Shown: piece after piece, positions 9,537 to 17,303 of the stretch | Numbering within the stretch: position 1 is the first letter of the stretch | How the letters are laid out: each line of letters opens with the position of its first letter | Origin: Clostridiales bacterium | Lineage (GTDB): Bacteria; Bacillota; Clostridia; Christensenellales; UBA1750 | Length of the DNA stretch: 64,000 nt | NCBI GenBank assembly: GCA_015056005.1 | Contig: SVHB01000002.1 | Span: 13,188 to 77,187 of the forward strand | Direction: 5' to 3' | Notes under the pieces: model-generated | Database searches by the model: none | What the model was told of the DNA's origin: nothing | Seen by the model: the letters and a program-made list of their open reading frames with translations, nothing else | Position numbers and translations under genes: made by a program

Positions 9537-9554
9537 ACATTCCTCCGGTTTATA

Positions 9555-10334
9555 TTACATCTGCTGACCGCCGGTCACATTGATAGCCTGACCGGTCATG
9601 TAAGAGGATTCGTCGCTGAGCATGAATACGCAGGCGTTTGCAACATCGTCATAAGAGCAGCCGCGCTTCATGGGTACCTGGTTGATGTACTTTTCGCGGA
9701 TGGCTTCCTTGGTGGTGTTCTGGTTGCGTGCATACTGCTCATAGAGGCTATTGACCCACAGAGGAGAATCAAGCATATTGCCGGGGCAGATGGAGTTTAC
9801 ACGGATGTTGTCGGTAGCAAGTTCAAGAGCCAGACTCTGAGTCAGACCGATGCCGCCGAATTTGGAGGAAGCATAAGCGCAGTTCTTGCTGGAACCCTTC
9901 TTGCCGGACTTGGAGTTGATCTGGCAAATGACGCCGCCGCCGTTTTTACGCATGAAAGGCACGACAGCTTTGCAGCTGTTGAAATAACCGCAAAGATTTA
10001 CGGCTACTACCTTGCTGAATTGACCGGGGGTCATATCTTCGATAGCGTTAGAAATGAGGATAGCAGCGTTTGCAACAAGGCAATCGATCCTGCCGTATTT
10101 CTCATAAGCAGCCTTAGCCATTGCTTCGCACTGATCGTAATCGGTAACATCGACCTTTACTGCCATTGCGTTTTCAAACCTTGCGGCAACAAGCTCAGCC
10201 TGTTCATAGTTCAAATCGGCAATAACCAGAGTTGCGCCCTCTTTATAAAAACGCTCAGCCAGCGCTTCTCCAAGACCCTGTGCGCCGCCGGTAACGATGA
10301 CGACCTTATTTGCAAGGCGTTTATACTCAGACAT
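9555..10334 (-). CDS. srlD: SDR-family sorbitol-6-phosphate 2-dehydrogenase-like oxidoreductase
   Basis: TGGAQGLG cofactor motif and YASSK catalytic motif. Blocks NSKSGKKGS, KFGGIGLTQSLALELA and VPMKRGC...INVTGGQ closely parallel E. coli SrlD from memory. Confidence 0.75.
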   Translation of the reverse strand: MSEYKRLANKVVIVTGGAQGLGEALAERFYKEGATLVIADLNYEQAELVAARFENAMAVKVDVTDYDQCEAMAKAAYEKYGRIDCLVANAAILISNAIEDMTPGQFSKVVAVNLCGYFNSCKAVVPFMRKNGGGVICQINSKSGKKGSSKNCAYASSKFGGIGLTQSLALELATDNIRVNSICPGNMLDSPLWVNSLYEQYARNQNTTKEAIREKYINQVPMKRGCSYDDVANACVFMLSDESSYMTGQAINVTGGQQM

Positions 10335-10369
10335 ATCATCTATCTCCTTGAAAACAAATTATTGTATAG

Positions 10370-10398
10370 ATTATATCACAATGTTCCTTATTTTGAAA
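10370..10398 (-). promoter_or_regulatory. Candidate promoter of the three-dehydrogenase operon (TTTCAA-17 nt-TGnTATAAT)
   Basis: Reverse complement of 10375-10370 is TATAAT, preceded by TGtGa (extended -10). The -35 (TTTCAA, 10398-10393) is weak. Confidence 0.35.
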
Positions 10399-10452
10399 CA
10401 GAAATATGAACATTTCCGATGATTTTTGCGCTATTGCTTATGAATCGGGAAC

Positions 10453-10485
10453 AGAAAAAACCGTGCGAAAAATCCGCACGGTTTT
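10453..10485 (-). terminator. Intrinsic terminator after the corrinoid-protein gene
   Basis: Stem ccgtgcg/cgcacgg with a 7-nt loop. On the minus strand it is followed by a T-run (complement of A6 at 10455-10460). Confidence 0.7.
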
Positions 10486-10495
10486 AATTGTTTAA

Positions 10496-11137
10496 TTAAG
10501 CGAGTTCGGCAACGAGCTTCTTGGCAAGGTCAGCAGCGGAAGCAGCGTCGGTGGAATAACCGTCAGCGCCGATTTCATCAGCATACTGCTGGGTTACAGG
10601 AGCGCCGCCGATCATGATCCTGCACTTATCTCTGATACCGGCAGCGGTAGCAGCCTCAACGGTATCCTTCATAACAGGCATGGTGGTGGTGAGCAGTGCG
10701 CTCATGCAGATGAGCTGTGCGCCCTGATTGGCAACAGCGTCAACAAACTTTTCGGGGCTTACATCAACGCCGAGGTCGATGATCTTGAAGCCTGCGCCCT
10801 TGAGCATCATAGCAACAAGGTTCTTGCCGATGTCATGAAGGTCACCGCTTACGGTACCGATAGCGGCAACGCCAATGGGCTGGATGTCCTTCTCAGCCAT
10901 GAGGGGCTCGAGGATTGCCAGACCTGCATTCATAGCGCGGGCAGCGATCAGAACTTCGGGAACATAGATCTCGTTGTTCTTGAAACGCTCACCGACAACG
11001 CCCATGCCGACGATAAGAGCTTCATTAACGATAACTTCGGGTGCTACGCCTTCGTTGAGAGCTTCCTGAACGAGGGTCTTGACCTTGGGAGCGCGACCGG
11101 CTTTGAGAGCTTCGGCGATGAGATTCATATCTGCCAT
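10496..11137 (-). CDS. Corrinoid (cobalamin)-binding protein, MtaC/MtbC-like (B12-binding cap + Rossmann domain)
   Basis: DxHxxG motif (SGDLHDIGKNLV), downstream MSALLTTTM and GGAPVT blocks; 213 aa, the standard size for methyltransferase-cognate corrinoid proteins. Confidence 0.88.
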   Translation of the reverse strand: MADMNLIAEALKAGRAPKVKTLVQEALNEGVAPEVIVNEALIVGMGVVGERFKNNEIYVPEVLIAARAMNAGLAILEPLMAEKDIQPIGVAAIGTVSGDLHDIGKNLVAMMLKGAGFKIIDLGVDVSPEKFVDAVANQGAQLICMSALLTTTMPVMKDTVEAATAAGIRDKCRIMIGGAPVTQQYADEIGADGYSTDAASAADLAKKLVAELA

Positions 11138-11238
11138 ACAAAATCATTCCTTTTCATTTTATTACTTGTATATAATATAAAATAAAAATAATTATCTGTA
11201 AAGGCAATTACTTGACGATTAAATTGTAAAATCTTGCG

Positions 11239-12537
11239 TTATACCGACTTCCTGTAAGCGTTCGGGGTTACGCCGCATTGTTTCTTGAACACCTTGGAAA
11301 AATAACCAGCATCGTTGTAACCCACGCTCTGCGCTATATCGGTAATCGATTTTTTAGTGTTCACAAGCATTTGCTTTGCGTATTCCATCCTCACGTTTGT
11401 GAGATACTCAAGGAAAGTAAACCCGAGTTCTTCCTTAAAAATATGACTGAGGTAATATGGGCTTATGTGTATCGCCTCCGCTACATCGGAAAGAGTTATA
11501 TCCCTCTGATAAGAAGAGCGTATAAGCTCCAAAGCATCGGCCAGAACACCGGTATTTTTGACCGTTCGCGCATTATAAACGGTATCAACGAACATATTCA
11601 AGGTCTTTACGACCCAAAGACAAAGGTCTTCAAACTTTTTTATTTGAGAAAGCTGCCCTATAAAGCTGTAATTGAGCCCCAAAAGGTTTTCGAGCTCAGC
11701 TCCGCCCTCGACTGCGGCTCTGGAAATGACGACCACAAGTTCAAGCACTCTTGATTTGATAATGTCCATATTTCCGCCGTTATTATAGAAAATAAGGCTC
11801 AAAAGCTCATTTAATATGGCGGTAGACCCGGCTTTATCGCCGATCCTCACCAGCGCAAGAAGTTCCCTTTCCTTGCCGATCGGGTATACATCCATTGCGG
11901 CGTATCGCCTTTGCGCTTCGTCGGAACGCTTTCTTTCGATCAGCATATCGGCAATGCGCATCTGCTGAGCGTTGATCTCCTGCTGCTGCATGAGCGATAC
12001 CATACCGGTTTTTACGATATAGTTCACTATTACATACATCATGTTTGCAGCTGCCATTATCCTGCGCTCATTAAGCACATTTACGTTTTCCGCAGCGGAA
12101 ATGATCAGATCCTTATCCAAAGGCAGATCGCTTAGTCTTCTTAATATGTCTTCCTTCGCAATATCGTCCAATTCCCATAAAAGGACAGGACCGCAGGCAA
12201 GCACGCCGATATATGTTTCTTTATACAAAATCGGGGAATATATTTCTATAAGACCGGCATGGCAGATGGCGATATAAGGCTCCCCAATTGGGATTGCTTT
12301 ATGCCCCGAATCGCTCATTGAACACATACAGCGTCTTAAACCTTCTTCGCTGTGTGATATCAGTTTGCATATTTCGCACGACGAACAAAGCTCACGAGGT
12401 CTGATTACCAGTTTTTCATCAGCAGATATAAACATTGCGTTCATACCCGTCGTGAGCACAAATGAATCTATCAACTTTTCCAGTTCGGTGCTGTCAATTA
12501 CATCGCGAATATCGTAAATCAAATACATGCCTCCCAA
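11239..12537 (-). CDS. PocR sensory domain + AraC-type HTH transcriptional regulator
   Basis: N-terminal Cys-rich PocR-like region (CSSCEICKLI...RCMCSM...ICHAGL). C-terminal AraC double HTH (LSDVAEAIHISPYYLSHIFKEE...GYNDAGYFSKVFKKQCGVTPNAYR). The start is uncertain: TTG at 12537 or ATG at 12528. Confidence 0.85.
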   Translation of the reverse strand: MGGMYLIYDIRDVIDSTELEKLIDSFVLTTGMNAMFISADEKLVIRPRELCSSCEICKLISHSEEGLRRCMCSMSDSGHKAIPIGEPYIAICHAGLIEIYSPILYKETYIGVLACGPVLLWELDDIAKEDILRRLSDLPLDKDLIISAAENVNVLNERRIMAAANMMYVIVNYIVKTGMVSLMQQQEINAQQMRIADMLIERKRSDEAQRRYAAMDVYPIGKERELLALVRIGDKAGSTAILNELLSLIFYNNGGNMDIIKSRVLELVVVISRAAVEGGAELENLLGLNYSFIGQLSQIKKFEDLCLWVVKTLNMFVDTVYNARTVKNTGVLADALELIRSSYQRDITLSDVAEAIHISPYYLSHIFKEELGFTFLEYLTNVRMEYAKQMLVNTKKSITDIAQSVGYNDAGYFSKVFKKQCGVTPNAYRKSV

Positions 12538-12611
12538 ATCGCTTACTTCAATTTTATATTTTTTTCTTCGATTTGTAAAGCAAGTTTTTTTAATATCGCA
12601 AATTGTTAATC

Positions 12612-13037
12612 TTATACGATCTTTGTCATTGTAATTATTGTCCCCATCAGAGGCTTTGAGTCGATTTTGACTTCATCCATAAAGCTTTCCATAATAGTAA
12701 AGCCCATTCCGCTTCGGTCAAGTTCGGGCTTAGAAGTATAAAACGGACGACGCGCCATATCTATATCCTCTATGCCTTCCCCACTGTCTTTGACGCTGAT
12801 ATAAACCTTTCTGTCATCGATCCATATTTTTAATTCCACTTCACCGTCTTCAGTTGAACTATAGCCGTGGATTATTGAATTTGTGACAGCCTCGCTAACT
12901 GCAGTCTTTATATCCTCTGAATCCTGCAGGGTAGGGTTGAGTTTCAATATAAAAGCGCTTGTGATAATCCTTGCCAGGCTCTCGTTTTCCGGTAAAGCCG
13001 GAAACTTTACGCACAAATAGTTTTCCATATATGTCAC
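12612..13037 (-). CDS. spoIIAB: Anti-sigma F factor (serine protein kinase SpoIIAB)
   Basis: Strong block similarity to B. subtilis SpoIIAB: NESLARI...SEAVTNSIIHGY... and TSKPELDRSGMGFTIMESFMDEVKIDS. Confidence 0.9.
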   Translation of the reverse strand: MTYMENYLCVKFPALPENESLARIITSAFILKLNPTLQDSEDIKTAVSEAVTNSIIHGYSSTEDGEVELKIWIDDRKVYISVKDSGEGIEDIDMARRPFYTSKPELDRSGMGFTIMESFMDEVKIDSKPLMGTIITMTKIV

Positions 13038-13040
13038 TCC

Positions 13041-13346
13041 TTATAGTTTTTCTGCAACCGAAAAAAGTCCCGAAATATCAAGGATCCTTTCTATTGAAGG
13101 AGAAACCGAACGAAAATATAAATTTGCATTTCGGCTCTTCAGCTTTTTATAAAGCCCAAGCAGTATACCTATACCTGAACTGTCCATGAAAGTAAGCTCG
13201 CTCATATCAATAATAATATCATTGGCATATGCATTTGATATCGCATAGTTCAGTTCATCTTTTATCCTGCCTGCGCTGCTGTGATCCAGTTCTCCTTTGA
13301 TGCATACAGTAATAGAATTCATATTGACATTGCTTTTATGATCCAT
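13041..13346 (-). CDS. spoIIAA: Anti-sigma F factor antagonist (STAS protein SpoIIAA)
   Basis: STAS domain with the phosphorylatable Ser motif LTFMDSSGIG. The ATG at 13346 follows an AAGAGGTG RBS; the track's TTG start at 13379 is less likely. Confidence 0.88.
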   Translation of the reverse strand: MDHKSNVNMNSITVCIKGELDHSSAGRIKDELNYAISNAYANDIIIDMSELTFMDSSGIGILLGLYKKLKSRNANLYFRSVSPSIERILDISGLFSVAEKL

Positions 13347-13503
13347 TTCTACACCTCTTATTATTATATTATTACTCAAATTTTATACTATAAATCAGTA
13401 AAAATAATAAAAGCTTTTGTATAAGACAAAACCGGTTTAATTCTAACAAAAGTCGACAAGATACCCAGGTATATATCATTAATACTATAGTTTGTTTAAT
13501 TAC

Positions 13504-13536
13504 ATACCACAGTTTGATTATATTAAACTATGGTAT
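13504..13536. repeat. Inverted repeat ATACCAcAGTTT-N9-AAACTaTGGTAT upstream of the PBP gene
   Basis: 12-bp arms with one mismatch and a 9-nt spacer, in the spoIIAA/PBP divergent intergenic region. Confidence 0.5.
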
Positions 13537-13573
13537 GGTATAAATCAACTTGTACAGTACAATAATATAACGG

Positions 13574-15943
13574 GTGATAAAATTGAAAAACAGAATGATG
13601 AAGATAATTCGATATTTACTTATCAGCTTTATAAGCCTTTTCATAATAGGAATATTTACTTTAATATTGATTTGGTTCTATGCGGTCGATAAATGGGGTA
13701 CTTATGACAGGGATGCTTTAGAGAATTTATCCTTATCGACCTATTTATATGACAACAGCGATAATATGATAGCCACAGTGTTTTCGGGAGAGAACAGAAC
13801 AAAGACCGATATTTCTGAATTACCTGATCACATTTTGAATTCATTCGTTGCAGCAGAAGATTTGAGATTCTATAACCACATAGGAATAGACCCATACCGT
13901 ATGTTGGGAGCTCTTGCCGCAAACTTAAAAAGCGGAAGGATCGTACAGGGGGCAAGTACAATAACCCAACAGCTTGTTAAACTGTCCCATGGTTTGACAC
14001 CGGAGAAAAAGTATATGCGAAAATTGCAGGAAGCTTATTATGCGATTTTGATAGAAAGAGATTACAGCAAGGATGAGATTCTTGAGATGTATTTGGATTG
14101 CGTTTATTTCGGTAACGGAGCATATGGAATAGAATCCGCTGCAAAAAAGTATTTCGGCAAAACTGCAAAAGAGCTGGATTTGATAGAATCAACGGCGTTA
14201 GCTGCAGTCTTAAAAGCGCCTTCAAATTATGCTCCTCATTTGAACGAAGAAAATAACAAAAAGCGCAGAAATTCAATATTAAATACTATGCTGGAAAATG
14301 ATATGATAGATGAAAGGGAAGCCTCAGCTGCAATGGAGGCTCCCCTGCCCTTAACCGATACTGCCGGCTCAGCAAATAACACGGCGATCTATTCTTGGTT
14401 TATAAAGAAAGCTGTTGAAGATGCAGCCAGCCTTCTCGATATTAGCACTCAGGAACTGTTTACAGGCGGTTATAGGATATTCACCACGATGGATGCTTCC
14501 GCTCAGGAGACAGCTGTGCAAATTTTGTGTGAAGGAGATTTGATACCGATAAGCAGAGCAGGAACAAACGCTGAATGTGCTCTTGTATATATTAATAAGG
14601 ACGGCGCTGTCGAAGCTTTGATCGGAGGAGCAAACAAAAGCGCAAGCGATTTTTCACGGGCAACGGATGCTAAAAGGCAGCCCGGTTCCGTGCTGAAGCC
14701 GCTTGCGGTGTATACTCCTTGTATTGAGATAAAAGGCTTGATGCCGACGGATGTTTTAAGGGACGAACAGATGGACTTCAACGGATATGTTCCCTCAAAT
14801 TACGGAAATGCGCTCTACGGTAAAATAAGCTTCAGAAAGGTATTTGAGAAATCACTGAATATACCGGCGGTTTATTTGCTGGATCAGCTTGGCGTTGAAA
14901 ATTCACGTGATTATCTGAATAGATTCGGGATTTCTTTTGAAAATGAAGACAGATATTTATCACTTGCCTTGGGTTCGATGAAGTACGGAGCGTCGCCTTA
15001 TGAACTTGCAAACGCATATCTTACCTTCATAAACGACGGATTTAGACCCAAGGCTTATACCATACGTTTCATCACAAATTCAAAAGGTGAACTTATATAT
15101 GAGAATAATGAGTCACGCCAGTATGTATCTTCGCCGTCGAGCGCTTTTATAGTATGTGATCTTATGCGCAGTACAGCTTTGGACGGTACAGCAAAGAAGT
15201 TATCGGTTTACGGTCATCCAATAGGCGCCAAAACAGGCACAGTAGATTATAACGGCGTTGGAAACAGGGATGCATGGATTTGCACGATAACTCCAAACCA
15301 TAGTTTGGCGGTTTGGATGGGTTTTGATCAGACAAACGAAAATACTCATCTTGACAGCAGCGTTACCGGATCAAATCAGCCTGCAAGCGCAGCTCTGCGA
15401 TTCTTCCAGGAGCATTTGCCCGATGGTGACGGAGAATTCATAAAACCCGATGGGATCAACTGGTATGCGATAGACAAAAAGACATACGATGAGGAATTCG
15501 CCATAAAAACAGCTACTACGATAACTCCGCAGGAATACATCATGTATGAGCTCTTTGAGAACAGTAAAGCACCGAGCGAAGTATCTGATTTTTGGCAAAT
15601 ACCGGGCCTTCCTGAGGATATATTTATCAGCAGAAATATAGGACAGGGCATCAACATCGGCTTTACTTCTACATCAGTAAACGCAAGGTACAGGATTTAC
15701 AGAAGAAAGAATCAAAGTGATGGTTTTACAGAGATTTATGCTGTAAGCAATATAGAGCAAGGTGAACAGATAACATATTCTGATAATGATGCAGGTTTAT
15801 TGAGTCAATATGAATACTGCCTGACCGCAGAGCACGCCCTTGCGTATGATATGGGGGTTCATTCCGCTGTAACCGATCCGTCCCCTGTTTATACCGCTCC
15901 GCGAAGCTTTGATTGGTTTGAACGATGGAGCATACCGGATTAA
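13574..15943 (+). CDS. Class A penicillin-binding protein (glycosyltransferase GT51 + transpeptidase), PBP1A-like
   Basis: N-terminal TM helix; GT51 motif EDLRFYNHIGID...GASTITQQ; transpeptidase SxxK (GSVLKP) and KTGT motifs. The start could be the GTG at 13574 or the ATG at 13595/13598. Confidence 0.9.
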   Translation: MIKLKNRMMKIIRYLLISFISLFIIGIFTLILIWFYAVDKWGTYDRDALENLSLSTYLYDNSDNMIATVFSGENRTKTDISELPDHILNSFVAAEDLRFYNHIGIDPYRMLGALAANLKSGRIVQGASTITQQLVKLSHGLTPEKKYMRKLQEAYYAILIERDYSKDEILEMYLDCVYFGNGAYGIESAAKKYFGKTAKELDLIESTALAAVLKAPSNYAPHLNEENNKKRRNSILNTMLENDMIDEREASAAMEAPLPLTDTAGSANNTAIYSWFIKKAVEDAASLLDISTQELFTGGYRIFTTMDASAQETAVQILCEGDLIPISRAGTNAECALVYINKDGAVEALIGGANKSASDFSRATDAKRQPGSVLKPLAVYTPCIEIKGLMPTDVLRDEQMDFNGYVPSNYGNALYGKISFRKVFEKSLNIPAVYLLDQLGVENSRDYLNRFGISFENEDRYLSLALGSMKYGASPYELANAYLTFINDGFRPKAYTIRFITNSKGELIYENNESRQYVSSPSSAFIVCDLMRSTALDGTAKKLSVYGHPIGAKTGTVDYNGVGNRDAWICTITPNHSLAVWMGFDQTNENTHLDSSVTGSNQPASAALRFFQEHLPDGDGEFIKPDGINWYAIDKKTYDEEFAIKTATTITPQEYIMYELFENSKAPSEVSDFWQIPGLPEDIFISRNIGQGINIGFTSTSVNARYRIYRRKNQSDGFTEIYAVSNIEQGEQITYSDNDAGLLSQYEYCLTAEHALAYDMGVHSAVTDPSPVYTAPRSFDWFERWSIPD

Positions 15944-15973
15944 AAAAAGCGCACGAATTTCGTGCGCTTTTTT
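15942..15973. terminator. Bidirectional intrinsic terminator
   Basis: A7, then gcgcacg-aattt-cgtgcgc, then T6, between convergent genes. Confidence 0.8.
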
Positions 15974-15979
15974 GTACTT

Positions 15980-17293
15980 TTAGTTTGATTTTACAAATTC
16001 TGCGATCGTGTTGATCACTGCTTCATCTACATTGAGCCTGTGGAAATATTCGCTCGGGTTTTGGCTTCCATCAGATTCGGTCATCATATGACCGAGTCCT
16101 TCAAACTCTTTAGTCACAAGCTGAGCATTTACATAGCCTTCAAGCAGAGACTGCCAATCTGCTTCGTAGGTCTGATAATCCTTGAGACCTCTTATGAGAA
16201 GAACAGGCTTTGTAATCAGGGTAAGATCCGGTTGAGTGTCTATTTCTTCCCAGTAATAAAAGCCGTTATAATTGAAAATTGTCTCCTCTGCGGCATCAAG
16301 GAAGGTCTGATTCTTGAGCCTTACAGCTTTCTGTCGTTCCTGCTCGAGGTTCGAAAGATCATCTATACTGGAAGCGCCGTTGACCTGAACATAATTATAG
16401 TTTTGGTCATAATGGAGCTCCCATAAGGGACGATTGGTACCCGAAAGAACGATTATACCTGCGCTGTCGAGCTCGCTGTCAAGCCTTGCTGCGATCTTGC
16501 CGCCAACAGAATGACCAAGAATAAACAGCTTATCCGCATCCACATACGGCTGAGTTTTCAGCAGTTCATATGCCATAGTATAATCCCTGGTGAATTCAAG
16601 TTCCTGACAGAATGAAATGAAATCGTTCTGAGTATTTTCATAAGTGCGCTTGTTCATGCGCAGGGTTGCAATGCCCTGCTCTGCAAGACCGTGAGCGATA
16701 TCACGCATGATTTTGAGATGACCATACGGAGAATCCATATGCAGCGCGCCGGAGCCGGGAATGAGCATTACCGCAGGAACATTTTCCGCTCCTTCGGGAT
16801 AGCAGAATGCCCCGTGCATGGTAGTGCCGTCGACATTTACGAAAGAAAACTCTTCTTCAACAATACCTGCGGGCATTTCATATTCGTCGTGGAAATCGTT
16901 GTACCTGACGGAATACGAGGTCATTTCGCCATACTCATTAAAGAAAACTCTGATTATAACGCCGATGTTTGAAAAATCATAGCCGTAATCCACAAGGAAT
17001 GTGCTCTCGCTGTCCCAACGGGTGGCTTGCAGACCCATATCTGCAACATACTCTCCGCAATAATCGGTGTTCAGATTCCAGGTATCTTCAAACACTATAT
17101 ACTGCATAGAATACTGAAGGCTGACGGTCGAGGCGTCGTACGCCGCTTCCAGATCGCCCTTTGCGATAAGATCGGTCATAGTTTTGGCAAGTTCACACAT
17201 TTCTTCTTCCGATGCTTTTTCCCTGCCGACACAGCCCGTCGCAGTGATCAGCATTGAAAGGACTAATACAAGCGTAATTATTCTTTTTAGCAT
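15980..17293 (-). CDS. Lipoprotein alpha/beta hydrolase (N-terminal DUF3887-like domain)
   Basis: The ATG at 17293 is preceded by AAGGAG. Signal peptide MLKRIITLVLVLSMLITATGC (lipobox) and nucleophile elbow GHSVGG. Confidence 0.75.
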   Translation of the reverse strand: MLKRIITLVLVLSMLITATGCVGREKASEEEMCELAKTMTDLIAKGDLEAAYDASTVSLQYSMQYIVFEDTWNLNTDYCGEYVADMGLQATRWDSESTFLVDYGYDFSNIGVIIRVFFNEYGEMTSYSVRYNDFHDEYEMPAGIVEEEFSFVNVDGTTMHGAFCYPEGAENVPAVMLIPGSGALHMDSPYGHLKIMRDIAHGLAEQGIATLRMNKRTYENTQNDFISFCQELEFTRDYTMAYELLKTQPYVDADKLFILGHSVGGKIAARLDSELDSAGIIVLSGTNRPLWELHYDQNYNYVQVNGASSIDDLSNLEQERQKAVRLKNQTFLDAAEETIFNYNGFYYWEEIDTQPDLTLITKPVLLIRGLKDYQTYEADWQSLLEGYVNAQLVTKEFEGLGHMMTESDGSQNPSEYFHRLNVDEAVINTIAEFVKSN

Positions 17294-17303
17294 TTTATCT
17301 CCT

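Noticed and set aside
8385-10409. 674-aa ORF on the plus strand, the longest 'extra' ORF in the track.
   Set aside because: It is antisense to the MtlD-like and SrlD-like genes, whose products carry clear family motifs. Its own translation is low-complexity with no recognisable motif, RBS or promoter. It is a typical shadow ORF of genes with GC-rich third codon positions.
11138-11238. A cobalamin riboswitch upstream of the corrinoid-protein gene.
   Set aside because: The 100-bp spacer is AT-rich, too short for the aptamer, and I saw no B12-box-like GCCACUG core.
13380-13573. The AT-rich 194-bp spacer as a possible CRISPR leader, mobile-element end or origin-like region.
   Set aside because: It has no repeat-spacer periodicity, no DnaA-box clusters, no terminal inverted repeats matching another site, and no recombinase. 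It is better explained as a divergent promoter region.
16336-16348. GGTTCGAAA, a T-loop-like string suggesting a tRNA.
   Set aside because: It lies inside the alpha/beta-hydrolase coding frame, with no flanking acceptor or anticodon stem complementarity. I found no tRNA-like cloverleaf anywhere in the window.
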